Shown: positions 1 to 13,700 of the stretch, in pieces | Numbering within the stretch: position 1 is the stretch's first letter | Layout: each line of letters starts with the position of its first letter | NCBI GenBank assembly: GCA_963924565.1 | Contig: OZ004610.1 | Span: forward strand, 6,324,001-6,388,000 | DNA length: 64,000 nucleotides | Direction of reading: 5' to 3' | From: Ascidiella aspersa | Taxonomy: Eukaryota | Notes under the pieces: generated by a model | The model's database searches: none | What the model saw: the letters and a program-made list of their open reading frames with translations, nothing else | Told to the model about the DNA's origin: nothing | Translations under genes and position numbers: made by a program

Positions 1-1761
1 ATTCGACAGAAAACTAACCACGGCGCACCAAGCCGACAGGGGGTCGGTTTTACACATTTTACTTGGAACCCCGCAATCAATGTGCGTGCAATTAAAGAAG
101 GCGGGAATTCTCGACGGCGTATGCTGGCCAGCAGCAAGCCGCGTTAATGGGACAACGCAGTGCGTCGATGCCAGCACGAAAGGCCATTCTTTATGCTTGT
201 GAGTGTCAAAAACAAGCAGCCGGTCGTAGAGGGCTTATCGATTTTGTGTTATGTAAAACTATACCGATGGCGACACGACGACGATATATGGCTTGCAACG
301 GCATGCTTTTAAAGCGACAATGGCAAATTGATATTGAATTTTCGGCCTGGGGTTGGATCGGTGCAAACAGATATCAGTGCTGTACTTCGGGTCAGCAAAG
401 CCGGATATTTCTATTGCAAATACGGAAAGGCGCAAGGGTAAGCTTGATTAAGTTGGTCTATCGCTATGCAGTGGGAGACAGGTACATTGCGAGTTTGGAT
501 CTCTTTTTTGACGTCATGTTGCGGTTAATGTGCAAAATAGGACATTAATAAAAGGTTAGGCGATTTTTGTAATTAACAGAAACGTTTCAACTACTTTCAT
601 TTTTGTCAATGACCTATAAAAGTTGAGCTACCTTTAGCCTTGAATTGTGTGCCTTATGCTGTGTGCACAACTTAAAATTGCACTAAGATACAATTAATGA
701 CCTAAACGTGTAATTTAAAAAAAAATTAATCAAACTTTAACCAGAAAATCTTAGGTGGAAAAGCGTATGCGACTTTTACTCAAGAAACCTTGTAATTTCC
801 GTATTTTGGAATTTACTTTTCATAGTGTCAAAGTATGGTCAATTTTAAAGTCAAGCAGTATATCTCAAACAAGAGGCCTAAACAGTTTGAGGGAAAATTG
901 CTATTTTACCTTAATTTTGCAGGACTTTCCTGCGGAAAAAAGTCGATTTTAAGCGTAATACATAATTTTTAGTGCTTTAACACGTATTAGATTCAGCATG
1001 ACGACTAGTAGCTTATAATATTCCAAACTATGTTGTGTACCATATGCAGAGTAGAATATCTATGGAGTTAAATGTCTAATGGTTGTGCTTGAAAAGTTTA
1101 ACGTAATATTTTTAAAATTGAATTTAACTGGTAGATATAATATACCAAAATATTTTGTGTGTACCATAGGCAAAGAGAGTTAAATGCCTAATGCTTGAAA
1201 AGTTTCATGTAGCCTAATGTTTTTTAAAATAAATTCAACTGGTAGATGTTTTCTGTTTTTGCGGTTCGATTAACAGTTTAAGATGTATTCAAGGTGGAAA
1301 AGCGACCACAAAAATGCCACCGTAAAGAATTACAACCGTGAGCAAAATGATTGCCCACGAGTAGATTATTTTTTTACTACAGGACACAAGGGACACGACA
1401 CGATGTGGCATTATCGCAAAATAATAATAACGAAGTGTAAAACATCGTTATAAGACAAGACCGCGACAAAAGCTCTTTTACATTGGCGCTCGGGATTTAA
1501 GCAATTGATGTATCATAATAAGATTTGTTGTTTTGTAAAATCAAATCATTTCGTTTTATTTTTACAGCTTAATGTATACGGCTTTATGTATTACGGCTCC
1601 GAAGTTATTTTTCACATCTTTACAAAGTAAACATAGCATTAAATCTGCTTAAGGCAGCTCCACGGCCCACACAAAACTGCCCAACAGCAAACCAGTAATA
1701 CAATTGTTTTCCTATAGCTTTAACTGTTTTCTCAAAACATTAAAAACAAACAGCTAGTAGA

Positions 1762-1905
1762 ATGTCGTTCGGAACTTCTGCCCACGTCTACCGCTCCATG
1801 TACAACAAGAGACAGGACCGACAGAGGTATATGGCCATCCGAAAACGGACTTCTGAACCGGGTGGTTTGGTCCCTCAAGATACCGGCAATGGTGCGCAGA
1901 AAAAG
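1762..1905 (+). CDS. ANK1/2/3: Candidate alternative first coding exon A (MSFGTSAH...NGAQKK, 48 aa)
   Basis: ATG 1762, open frame, AAG|gtaaac phase-0 donor, ends in KK like ankyrin first exons. Upstream cag at 1751-1753. Confidence 0.6.
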
Positions 1906-2445
1906 GTAAACTAATGTCGTCGTTAAGCATTAAAGAGTGTTTGTTTCTCACTGTCGCTCAACTGGCGTAATTGATCAAATGAAAAGTGCAGAAGGTATTG
2001 ATAAGAATCTAACTTCAATACAATATAACACCATTTATTCAACTGAGCTGCCAGCAAACCAAACACTATAAGCAATTAAGGCCTGGAAGAGATTGCGCAA
2101 GAGGTTGATTTTTCTCACCTTCGGACCAGACTGTGACAATTAGATATTTCTAGTTTTCTAACTCAACGAATTATCACATAAATATTAGCCATTCACGTTC
2201 TTATAGGAATAAATTGCAATATAAATTATAAACTGATTTTGAATAATTCTAGTTTAAATTTGGGTTTTAAAGAATTCGGTAATTTAAAATATAATCTAAT
2301 TTGGGAAAACTAAAATGATCTAATTCTAATTTTAATCTAATTTTAAAAAGGCTCAAGTCCGAGTTTGCTTCCAAAATCTCACTTTTTTATTTAGGACTGT
2401 TAAAAAAAGTGATGGTAACTAAGATGATTTCCTGCATTCATACGA

Positions 2446-2640
2446 TTACCAGGTTGTTTATTTTCAATTTGTTTTAGCGCTATGCAACCTATAGTTACCT
2501 CTGGTTATCAATATGCCATACTTTAAAACATTCCTTTTAAAAATTTTACCAGGTTGTTTATTTACAATTTGCTTTGGGGCTTTCAAACTTATAGACACCT
2601 TTGGTTATCAATATGGTATATTTTAAAACGTTTCGTTTAA
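2446..2640. repeat. Two-copy tandem duplication, 100-bp period
   Basis: ttaccaggttgtttatt at 2446 and 2546. Confidence 0.85.
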
Positions 2641-2785
2641 GCATTGGACCACAAACAACGGCTAAAACACATAAATAATATTATTAAGGAATCGAAACTC
2701 ATATCATCTTAGTATAGGAGTACTGCCACATGGGGTCAGACTTTTGTTCGATTTATTAAACTTTTCGGACATTCCTACTTTGGAG

Positions 2786-2836
2786 CAGGGCTGCAGAGTC
2801 GGACTCGGTGTTATTTTAACCGACTCCGCAGCCCTG
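2786..2836. mobile_element. 51-bp minimal hAT-type MITE
   Basis: TIR CAGGGCTGC(A/G)GAGTCGG; perfect 8-bp TSD ctttggag. Confidence 0.8.
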
Positions 2837-3171
2837 CTTTGGAGGGTGGTCCGGTTTCGATTTTGATGTTGATTAATCAACAATGCAACGCTGGAGTTGC
2901 AGAGTTACCCCGGACGCGGACTCGTAGCTTGAGTTCCGAGTCCTACGTGCGCACTAGCAGTATAGCAATATCCAAACGGATAAGACCGCATGACAGCTGA
3001 TTATAATAAAGGTGAACTGGCATAATATGTTTCAACACGTTATATAGGTGGGCGAGATCTATGACACATCTTTGGGTGGATCGCTGTATATGTACCGTAC
3101 TTTAATTATGGGAATGGGTGGAATACTGGCCTATGCAGTCGGAGTCGGTTAATCTAACTAGACTTATAGGA

Positions 3172-3413
3172 CAGCGTTTCTCAACGGTTGCCCTCGGACC
3201 CCAGGGGTGCCCGCGGCCCCCCAGGGGATCAGTCTTAAGGAGGTATATCTTAGTTTACTAATAAGCCTGTTAATATATTTCTTTTTGATTTTCGTTATGT
3301 CTTTAGAGACCTCTCTTATGATGTCACTTAAAGTGTCTTTCCAAATCGTTAGCAAGAAGGCAACGGAAGGTTTTGTGATAATAGAAGGACTTATAAAAGG
3401 TTAAAAATCACTA
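3172..3413. mobile_element. Degenerate hAT/Charlie-like MITE
   Basis: cagcgtttctcaac ... ggttaaaaatcact termini resembling the CAGTGGTTCTCAACC family; no clean TSD. Confidence 0.5.
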
Positions 3414-3519
3414 CTACAGTACTATAGGACTCTGGAGTTGGAAACTGGAAACTAATGCTTTTTAACCAAACCCCGGCCTGATTCTAACAAAAAACGATCC
3501 TCTGATTTAGAATCGATCT

Positions 3520-3727
3520 ATGTCACTTCCGTACACGCCAAGCGACGCATTGGGCTTCGCTGGTAGTTTCAGTGGTGAGCGTCGACGACCCCACGACCGG
3601 CCACCAGTGTCGCAAAACAGAAGGAACAGCACTTTCGTTCAGCCGTTGTCGGCCGTCGCCAACCGACGTAACACGGAGGCGGCGCTGTGGCCAAAACACG
3701 AAACACCCGTCGAGCGGAGAATAAAAG
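3520..3727 (+). other. Candidate 5' exon B1 (UTR or coding)
   Basis: GC-rich island ending AAG|gtacgt (phase 1 if read from ATG 3520), in frame with exon 7246-7335. Confidence 0.45.
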
Positions 3728-3958
3728 GTACGTGAAAAACACAAAGTCTGAATGTCTAAGAACAAAATTGGGTGATCGTCAATTGTTTGGCGAGATAACT
3801 TTTGTTTATTTGCATCACGTAATGAAATCGAATGGTGGGGAGAAACTAAGGGCTAAACGTAAGCTGCCGGTGAAGCAAAAATTAAAAGATTCGAAACAAT
3901 AATGCGACAAAGTTTGCAAATAATCAGTTCAAACTATTTGCGATATTCAAATTAAGGT

Positions 3959-4138
3959 AATAAGAATATCAAAGCCCATACAGAAGTAGGTATCATTTTG
4001 AACGATTTCGAATATTCGAATATTTTCACCATCTTCAAATGAATAAAGACTTATTCGAAACGTCCAAAATGATACCTACTTCTGTATGGGCTTTGATATT
4101 CTTATTACGTCTTACTACAACCTCCAAGCATTATGCTC
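3959..4138 (+). mobile_element. Penelope-like fold-back element, family B copy 1
   Basis: Inverted arms of about 55 bp plus 30-nt tail; TSD caaattaaggt; CGAAACGT hammerhead-like core. Confidence 0.7.
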
Positions 4139-5183
4139 CAAATTAAGGTGAATTAGCTTTGGAATGGATGTCGAAAGTTACCGGTGCTATTTTACCTGAA
4201 AAAGTAAATTTTCAGAAAAAAGTTACGGGCTACATCCGCTCCTAATTTTTAGTGTACAACATTTACTATAAATCCAGCTGAGTATTTAGAGAAAAGTGAT
4301 CAATTAATTTGCAAACGTGTTTAAATTGTTTGGTGGCGATTTTTCTTCTAAAATTTTTTTCTTCTAAAATTTAAACTTTTAAATAAACAGTTTCCTATCA
4401 TTCATTAAGTACAGAGAGCGTAAATATTTCCCTATTTTTAATATGGACATAACATAAAAAAACCGCCCTTAATGAGTCTAAAATTTTCGACATTTTACTA
4501 AATACAAACTAAAATATATCGCGGATTTGGGAATTATTTGTTACACGTTTTCAAGTAGCTGTGTAAGCTAGACGGCGCCCTGACTCTTTCCAAAATGTCA
4601 TTTTAGACAAATGAATCTAGTTATTGAATTTTTTTAGCGAATTGATGATGTCTGTTTTCATTTTTTGGCTTGCAAACTTTTCATGTTTTTCTGTACTGCC
4701 TTGTAGCTGTGAGATCCAATAAAATGGCCTTTTTATTTTTTTAAAATTTTTAAACGTAAATTAAACATTTAAATTTGCGCAATTTTCCTTTATACCTGAC
4801 TTCTTATTTTTGGAACGAATTTGAAGATAACGGAAGCTTTCCTGAGCTTAAATGATTTACGACGTGCATTTACATTTCCCGACTAAAACACAAATCCTTT
4901 ATCCGCGATGCATTATAAACTCTAAGGAAACCTAGCCGTTCATTTAAAATATCTTACAGTATATATATTAATGTATATTTAAAAAGTTGCTGTTATTCAG
5001 AATCGACGATTTGGGCGAATGTTATAGTGTCAACTGCGATTATCTTAAACTTCTTATTTAAGACTTTGTTAGGATACGCCGATGAACAAGTTTATGTAGC
5101 AGAGGTGTCGATAGTCTGGGACCACGAAATTTTTTAGCTCCAAACCGCCTGCCACCAACATAATGCGACTCCCTACCTTTAGC

Positions 5184-5465
5184 CAGGTTTCTTAACCTGG
5201 GGTACTCGCCCCCCAAGGGGTACAATAAGTGTTCCAAGCGGGCGGGGGGATGCCGAATGAGACACAGAAAATGTATTACTGTAATTTATTTCTTTGCTCA
5301 GTTAGACGTAAAACCAACTCACAAGTTGATATTGTGTTGCAAGTATTATTAGTTACTTGTATGAAACTAAAACTACAATGGTTTTACTATTTAGCAATTC
5401 TAGAAGGGTGTGCGAGAATTGGTTGGTGATTTGCAAGGGGCAAAGAAAAGGGTTAAGAACCACTG
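5184..5465. mobile_element. hAT/Charlie-like MITE
   Basis: caggtttcttaacc ... ggttaagaaccactg TIRs. Confidence 0.6.
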
Positions 5466-7245
5466 ACTTAAGTGATTATATTAGCAAGCGGACCTTAATC
5501 GCCAAGATCGACAGTTGTTGCAAGAAAACTTTCCCGATGGAAGTTGCAGGAAAACATGCCAAATAACGTCGCCGGTTAGGATAAAAACGTGAGATGTATA
5601 CTTTTGCTCAAATCAAACCATGGAACAAAAATATTGTTTTACGGGTTTCAAAAATGTGGCATTCATCTGGGATTTCATGTTATATCATAGCCAAACTATT
5701 TTGCACTGCACATTATAATAAAACGGTCAAAATCGTACTTCTTAGGACTATAAGCAATAATCTTCAAAGTTCAAAATACCGAATGAACTCAAAGTTTAAA
5801 AACCCGAGTTGCCATCAACAGCTATTTTATTAATATATACGCGTCAGCGAAACAACGAACGACAAACAAAAACTTGCTGCCAAAGGTTTTGAATTCCATA
5901 ACGATATGCCCTTTGATCGGCCTATAGTGTCGTTTGAAGAAAAAGTTGACACCTGCGTGTCGAAATTGAACCGCCTGTTAATCGCCCAACAAACGGCAAT
6001 AAATAAAACAACGCTCAGCTGTTTACTATTTTCAAGTAAACCCTAAAACACCCCCTTGAACTGGGATAAGACGGCGCTCGCTCTGGGCTATGAATAATGC
6101 AGGCCTGCCGCACTGCGATATCGGGAAAATTGCCGCACACTGCATTCAGGCGACCAGAAATTATAGATTGACATTGGCCTCTAACGTGGCAGCGGTTAGG
6201 CAGCTTCTTCGTTTTCTTCACAAATCACGTTTAGTTGCCTTTCGAAAGGGCACGGGTGTGCCAGGCAACTTTTCGTGGCCGTGCAGAACGTTTTAGTTTG
6301 CAATCGTTATACGCCTAATTACAACGGTACTTAACTTAGCAGTTTAGTTGTGAAGAACATTGATTTGACCAGCTCAGCAGCAAGCGAAGCTACTTAGGGT
6401 ATTTCCCTATTCTGTCAAAGCAATTGGTTGAATTAAAGTGAGTCCTTACTTTTCTCAGTGAGGTTATATATGCAGTACAGCTTTTAAAAAGCTGATACGT
6501 CTAGCAGATGTGGATTATTAAATTGAAGAGTGTAATCATTGTAACGCACAAATAAGTATTTAAATAAAATGGCGTTTTTTGCAAAAAAACAACAACATAA
6601 ATTTGATTAAAAAATCGATTTTATAGAATATCTTAAATGTTGCTTTGCCAGTAAAAGGAAAAATAGTTAGTTTACTTGATGTGTTACGTTCGTCCAATAA
6701 AGTCTACAAAGTAGTTTTCGACAATAAATCTAACTGAAAAAATAAAAATTGTTTTCTCCAATTTGAGAGTTTATTTTTGGAAACTTTTTGACAATAGAAT
6801 GTGACCTTAAAACCGAATAGTCCCATCAAATAATTCAATAAATCAGGCGCAGCCGGAAAGCAAACTTTAAGTCGAATCGATTGACCCAGCATTGATTTTT
6901 CCGACAAACTTACGCAAGCGCTTTTGCTAATGCTTCCTTAACCAGATTTAAACGAAAAACTGACCAGGTTTAAGTGCGACTAACAACGCTTTAAGTAACA
7001 AAAAACTGAGTGGAAAAAACTTTTTAAAAACAGTTTGCTTTTGCCCCGTAACACACACTTTCCAACTATTTTGCTTATATCACCCTATTTTTTTTTTTAA
7101 GATATATATAAATAACAAAAGTTATGTTATACATATTAAACGATATGTATCATTGCGGATTGTTGTTGGAATAAACTACACAAACACTTGTGTAAAACAA
7201 AAGTCAACATCTATTGACTCCGTTTTACCGATTTATCTCTCAAAG

Positions 7246-7335
7246 GGCTGCACCAGTCGCGTCAATTTCGGAGAAGATTGTCATCGACATCTACCGGAAT
7301 GGTGACGTCACCGGCCGAAACGACAAATGATTCAA
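7246..7335 (+). CDS. ANK1/2/3: Candidate N-terminal exon B2 (...MVTSPAETTNDS)
   Basis: ctctcaaag acceptor, in-frame ATG 7299, A|gtgagt phase-1 donor matching exon 9862. Confidence 0.55.
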
Positions 7336-8295
7336 GTGAGTGAAGACGGCGTTTAATTTATAGCTGGCACTTAAAGTTGACAGCTTTTAAGCATGGTGCG
7401 TTGAACAGAAAATTACATTTATACTAAGACACGATAGATGACGGAGTTTTTTTCGCGGCTGCATACGTGTGATTTTCACAATTGCAGCGTAACAAAACAA
7501 AGGATATCATGCTACTTACAAAAATAACAATAATAAAATAGGGCAGTTTTTTTCAACCAGGTGTATCGTACACCCAGACCCTGGGGTGTGCTATAATAAT
7601 TTTTAAATGGTGTACCACTTTGATGGGGTGTATGCAGGGTGTACCAGATACCGCATTACAATAGAATAGGCCGATGACTAGCTATCTTATAGCAGTTGCG
7701 TTACTTTACCATCTGTAATTCACCATAGCGACGTAATATTCCTATTGTGGTGTAACATCGTGCGACAAGGTGACCTAAAGTAACCTGTTATTTTGGCGTG
7801 ACTTAGTGGCGTGGCGTGGCTTGTTATTCAACAACCACGACGTCAAAGGGAAAGTAGCTCTCGAAACAAGACCTTGCTTCGCACAACTTAGAAAAGAAAT
7901 TACAAGGCAATGCTCGCAATAAAAGACTGATGAAATTTTGTATTTGTAAAAATATAGGCTGTGCATTTCCTGTACCTTGTAACCTTGCTCATCCTTATCC
8001 GATTAGGATTACTACAGATTCGGTTTGTTGCGTGGACTGGGTTGTATACGTTTTGAGTAAACATTAAAAGTGTGTACCCTTTCCAAAAAGGTTGACAAGC
8101 ACTGACATAGGGACAATCGGAGAACACCTGATTTTTCTAACGGTTGTCCGATCCAATGCCAAATGTCGTCATTACAATGATCTAACAAGCACATTTGAAA
8201 AACCGAAACGAAAAGCCATTTTTTTCCATGAAATTAGGCCAACATTTGCTTACGTACGCGATGAAAGCTTATTCATTTTCCAATGTAAATTTTGA

Positions 8296-8412
8296 GTTCC
8301 CCTTCGTCGCATCAACCAATCGTTTGTGATTGGCACCAACACTAAGATCGACATCTCCGGTGTGAAAATCCCAGAGCGTGTAAACGACGCCTACTTCAGG
8401 AGGAAGAAGCTT
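8296..8412 (+). pseudogene. RPL6: Captured internal fragment of 60S ribosomal protein L6 (eL6) coding sequence
   Basis: Translates [39 protein letters not shown]; preceded by TGA; flanked by taaattt direct repeats. Confidence 0.85.
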
Positions 8413-8465
8413 TCTAAATTTAATATTTCCTGCCAATGACACCTCACCCAGACTACTAACGACTT

Positions 8466-8580
8466 TAGGTATGTCCAATAATATCGGTTCGGAGCCGATA
8501 CTGGATGCAAAGTGGTCGATACTAGTCCGATACTAGGGTGGTATCGGTGCCGATCCGATACCAAATTAATGCAGGAACTT
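8466..8580. mobile_element. MITE fragment (CCGATAC-rich family)
   Basis: Reverse-complement match to 42380-42490. Confidence 0.55.
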
Positions 8581-8888
8581 TGGTTTTATGATTTGCGACC
8601 CAAGACAGAATGTCACTGGAAATAACCAAACTTTTTAACGATAAAGCAAACTTTGGCCAAATAACCTGGAAAAGATTACTTTGAGTCTTTAAATTGTATA
8701 TATCTTTCTTGTTCGAGTATATTGATGACGTCATTTAACATCGGATCGGTTGCGATAGGTTTTTGTCAAGGGCAATACATTTAATTGAAGTATGGACTGG
8801 TAAGGATGTTAATACCGGCTAACGAGTAGTTATATAAGTAACTTGACCGAGCCGAAAATAATAAAATCCTTTTGTAAGCGGTACACTG

Positions 8889-8922
<34 letters not shown>
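8889..8922. repeat. (TA)n microsatellite
   Basis: Direct reading. Confidence 0.9.
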
Positions 8923-8923
<1 letters not shown>

Positions 8924-9861
8924 TATTTTGTTTAATAAGCATGATTGTTTCCTTGAATTCATTGCACTACAGTTATCGAAATATCTTGCATTAAACTGTG
9001 CGTACAATGTTCTCCAGATTGAGTACGACACTTTGTAAAGCCCAAAAACAAAATTAATTTTGAATGGACTGTCTTTACTGGCCAAACCGTTAATCAACAG
9101 TAAAATGGTTTTACTAAATTATGGACACCGGTCATAAAAACACGGATAAACCGTACTCAGCAGTCAATTAAACTAAAGGTCATTATATCATTAAAGCAAT
9201 CGGATCCGAAGCCTAATGGGATTTAATTGCAATCGCGCAATTTCCTTATGCCAGTGGTTCTCTATTGGTGCACTTGACGATTCTTAATCTGTTTAAAGTC
9301 GTTATTAAACCTGACTCTTAAACAGTAAATTGCTAACACAAATGTTGCCTTGAGAACCTTTTTAATCGCGGGTCAAAACCAACTTAGAATGGTGTCTGCG
9401 GGCCGTTAAATTTTAACTTTGTAGACTTTACGAATCGTATTACAACAACCGTAACGACTGTTAATCAGGGATAAAATATGACAGTTAGCCATTGAATATG
9501 GGTCTACAAGTTGCACTCGAAGCAGTAATACGATTTGCACAATGCGCAAAAAAAATTGTTTAACTCGATTGAAGTAGCAAACAAATATGAGGAATAGCTT
9601 CATGCCTATAGTAGGTATATAGGTCGCGGGCCGGATAATTTGCGTTGGCGGGCCGTAGGTTGCCCACCCTTCTAATAGGCCTAAGAAGTGCCATTAGACA
9701 AACAGTTTAAAACTGGAAAAACTTCACTTAGATAGTTGTTCAATATACGTTATTATGTTTTCTATCCGTAATCCAAAGTACAAACAAGTTATTTTCCTGT
9801 AGGTTGGCGTATAATTACAACCAGCACTCACATATATTCATCGCCATTTTTGTCTTTGCAG

Positions 9862-9986
9862 TTTCGGCGACCACCAGTGGACAGACAATTCGTGATCACG
9901 TGACCACGTCACGCTCCGGCGAATCGACTACGTCTTCGTCGAGCACCAGGCGATCAAAAAAGAGAAAAAAGAAGAGAGAGGAAAAG
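9862..9986 (+). CDS. ANK1/2/3: N-terminal exon B3 (SATTSGQ...RRSKKRKKKREEK)
   Basis: tttgtctttgcag acceptor phase 1, AAG|gtttgt phase-0 donor, basic tract typical of the ankyrin pre-repeat segment. Confidence 0.7.
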
Positions 9987-10426
9987 GTTTGTTACTTAAA
10001 AATAACTTTTTGAAAAATTGAAAAAAACTGTGATTTGTAGTCAAACATGGAGAACACGGAAATAGGGCGTCAAGGCCATGTCTACGCGACTTTTTAAGTC
10101 CTGTAAAAAAATAATATATCACTGTCCTTGTCACAAAAACCTGATGGCAATTTATCTTAAAATATTCAGCAGAAAACTTTGAACAAGAAAAGTTTTAGAA
10201 CGTTTGTAATTCTTTTTTTGAATGGCAGCGCAATAAAAGAAAGGCAAGTGTTCATATCTGCGTCCATGTGTCGGATATTTCAATCGAACAACAACTGCGA
10301 GCAAGTATCTTGACTTCTTTGTTAAATATACATCACCTCGATTTGACACTATAGTTCTAAGATAAAACACTGTTTTGTAAGTCTTTAAAGGATTCAAAAG
10401 CTTGAATGTCTTAATTCCCTTTAGAC

Positions 10427-10767
10427 CAGGGGTTCTTAAACTGGAGTCCATGGACCCCTTGGGGGTCCGCGAACTAGCTTTAGGGGGTCCGTGGAGGCCT
10501 ACTTGAAATATTAGTGTATATTTAAGAAGTCATCTTTTTTTAAACAAAACAGTTTAATTAAAATTAAAACGGTTTTGCACTGAATTCTATTTAGACTTTA
10601 TTTCACTTTCACATTTTCGGAGCGAAATTAGCAGATTTATGAAGTCTATTTGTGTTGTGACGTCACTTTATGACGTCATTTTGGAATTTTTTTGCCGACA
10701 GACAGTGGTCCACGCAAGGCAAAAAAAAATTTAGGGGTCCGCGGTAAAAAAAGGTTAAGAACCCCTG
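10427..10767. mobile_element. hAT/Charlie-like MITE
   Basis: TIR CAGGGGTTCTTAA; perfect 8-bp TSD ctttagac. Confidence 0.88.
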
Positions 10768-13700
10768 CTTTAGACCAAGATATTCCTGCAGATATTTGTA
10801 TTAAAATGATCCGCAAGGTGCCGCTAAGCAGCCGGTTCGTTTTATGGAACCTAACACGAGTGAAAGCCGGGTATTACAATAATTAAATCATTTAAAAATA
10901 AGGATAATAAGTATGTATATTTTAACTTGATTCTGCACAACTATAATTTTATTAACAGTAGATCTACCATATGTTGTCTCTTTCAAGAGCATTGGTGTTA
11001 TATTCCATAGAAAATAAATGGTCCTCGGAGGAGACTGAAATACGCCCTTATGTCCTTCGTTGGCACTTTGCGTTCTTGCTTATTTTGTTAACAGAAGCAT
11101 ATAATTTAAAAGTTTTGACTTTATGGTGACTACTGATGACTTTTCTATGACCAAAATTAATTCTAATCATTTATTATTGTTATCAGTGTTTCCTGTTGAA
11201 AAATTCAAGGGAAACAACGAATATTATGATCCAAACAAAGTCACTTAGGTTAAAAAAGATCTAAAACAAAAGTTACGCAAATTGCATCATCAGTTCTGCT
11301 TAAAATGTAGTGTTGTGACAGGCTTAGATCCCAATATAAACAATAAAAATAATTATATTATTATTATTTTAGCAACAAATATTAAGGTGCGAATCTGACA
11401 AGCAGATTTGCCTTGCATTTTTGTTGCTTTTGCTGTTATTTTGTATGTGTATGCGTATATTTGTCCAAAAAGTCGTCTGTTCAAAAGTAAAATTCTATTG
11501 TATTGTACTTATTCTTTTGGGTGATAAAAATACAGTGGGCTATATTCAACGATGACTTTGATATCAAGGAGCCAAGACCTGCCTTATGTTTTTTGTGTAA
11601 TAAGTACGTCAAAGGATTATATTTGACAAATGTGGTATATTGTTCGATGGATGTGGAAGACACCTTGATGTTGTGATGGTTTTTTTAGTAAATTGCGAGA
11701 TTTAAATTGAAATAATGTAATCACACTTGCAGCTATACATGCAATTAAGCATTAGTTTCGAAACTGAAGCGCAATATAAGGAAATCCATTGCGAGATTAA
11801 ATTTTATTGTATTTCAGAATTGATTTTATTGGACTATCGACACATAAAGAAAACCATACATACATTGCGACACCGCATACTATTCAAACTGGTCCGTATT
11901 GCACAAAATCGATATAAATTATCTGTCGAAAAAGTTCGACATAAAATGACAAGCTTCCACAGGTGTCAAATTAATTCATCAAACGAACCTGAAAAAGGAA
12001 ACTATACTAAACAACCAATATAATTTAAATCGAAACAACTGGAAACGCATGGACATGGTACAAATCGCAGTTAAACCCCTCCACGATTGTTCACAATAGA
12101 TGAAAAATCTCCTAACGCCGCAACCTGCTGTTTTGCTAGACGTCCTTTGCTTCATTTTATTTGCCTATTAGCGGGAAAGAGCAATCTCCCCGTAGCAGGG
12201 AAATGATCCGTTCAATGGCAAACCACAGACTGGATAATACAATTTTCACGGGCGCAGCAAACCTCTTCAGGAGGCTTGGAACTGGAAATCGAAATTAGAT
12301 TGTCCAATCAGCGTCGGGATGGCGGAAAAAAGACAGACGCTTTAACAGATGGGCAAGAATCCAGAAGAGATGTTCTTTTAGACAGCTTTGCCTCTGTGAC
12401 AAACGTGCGGGGCCGGTTTTACACATAGTTTTTGTATGTGTAGCTTTGCGGATATAATCATCCAGTGTTGTACGTTCGTGCGAGTTCAGTCGACGAAACC
12501 AACAATAGAATATTTAAATAACACACAAGGTAATACAAAGAGAAGAAGAGAACCAGTTAATCTAGTGTTTTTCGATTATTGCAAAGTGTACAGGTAGATC
12601 AAATCGCGGCTCTGAAATAAGCAATTGACCTTGTGATCATGTTTTATTTCATGTAGAAAAACTTACTTTACAATTTCATGAAACGCAGACATAGAATTGT
12701 TGTGATTAATAACCACTACAAAATATTTCTCTAGTTTTCTGTGGTCCAAATTCTGTTCGAAAAGTACTGATAGGCGCCAGTTTTAAATCTTATAATTGTT
12801 ATAATTTAATACGCACGGTGTTGAACTTGAAACTAGAGTAACCTACACCGAAAGCGATCGCAGTCTCACCGAATCTGTCGATGAAAGATGCAAGCAGGGC
12901 ATCTAGAAAATAAGCTGCAATCGTTGATAAAAAGCAGCTTCAGAAGGGCTAGACCAGGGATGTCCAAACTGCGGCCCGCCTGATGTTTACGTGCGGCCCA
13001 CCACTTATTCTCAATTTCAGTAGCCTTAATTTAAAACAATTGTTTCGACTATCATCAAAACGTGTAGAACTCGCAGTAGGCTATTTGATGTAGGCCTAAT
13101 CTTATGTTTTTTCTGAGACTATAATCGAGTCTAATGTCGCATTTCAACATCCGTCGAACACTTTGTGCACCCATCATCGCTAAGTAAGATGTGTGTTTTT
13201 CCGGACCCTCTTAAGGAAATATATCAGCCCAAACATGTAAAAACTCAAATTTTCGCGCTTCGCCATAAAAAAAAAGAAAAAAAAAAAAAGGTCGAGATTA
13301 CTTGCATATTTGCGAATGCGTTCATTCAGAAATAGTTGTTTATATAGGCCTTTTCTATATTAAAAAACAACAATCTTTTCTGAGTCGTTTACGTGTAATT
13401 CTGAATATCGAAATTAAAGAGATTGATTAAAAATGGCGTTTGTAATTTTGATTACTGTACTGTAGTGTACGAGGACTTCAGTCAATTTCGTTTCCTGAAA
13501 ACGGTGAAGCAATCATTTTTATTTGACCATATATACTTAAACAGAATGGATTTGTTATAACTTTTGGACTTCAACCTTTTAAATGTAATTGAGCTAAAAG
13601 AGTTTAAGGTGTCCGAGTTTCAAAATTTTTCCACAAAACATATTGCTAACCACAGAAACGAATGAAGATTATGTTCACAAACAACGGGGTGGTTTTCAGC

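Noticed and set aside
147-548. 133-aa ORF, with a phase-0 donor AGG|gtaagc at 438
   Set aside because: Peptide is not recognisable; could be a UTR exon or a sixth first exon, but support is too weak to call
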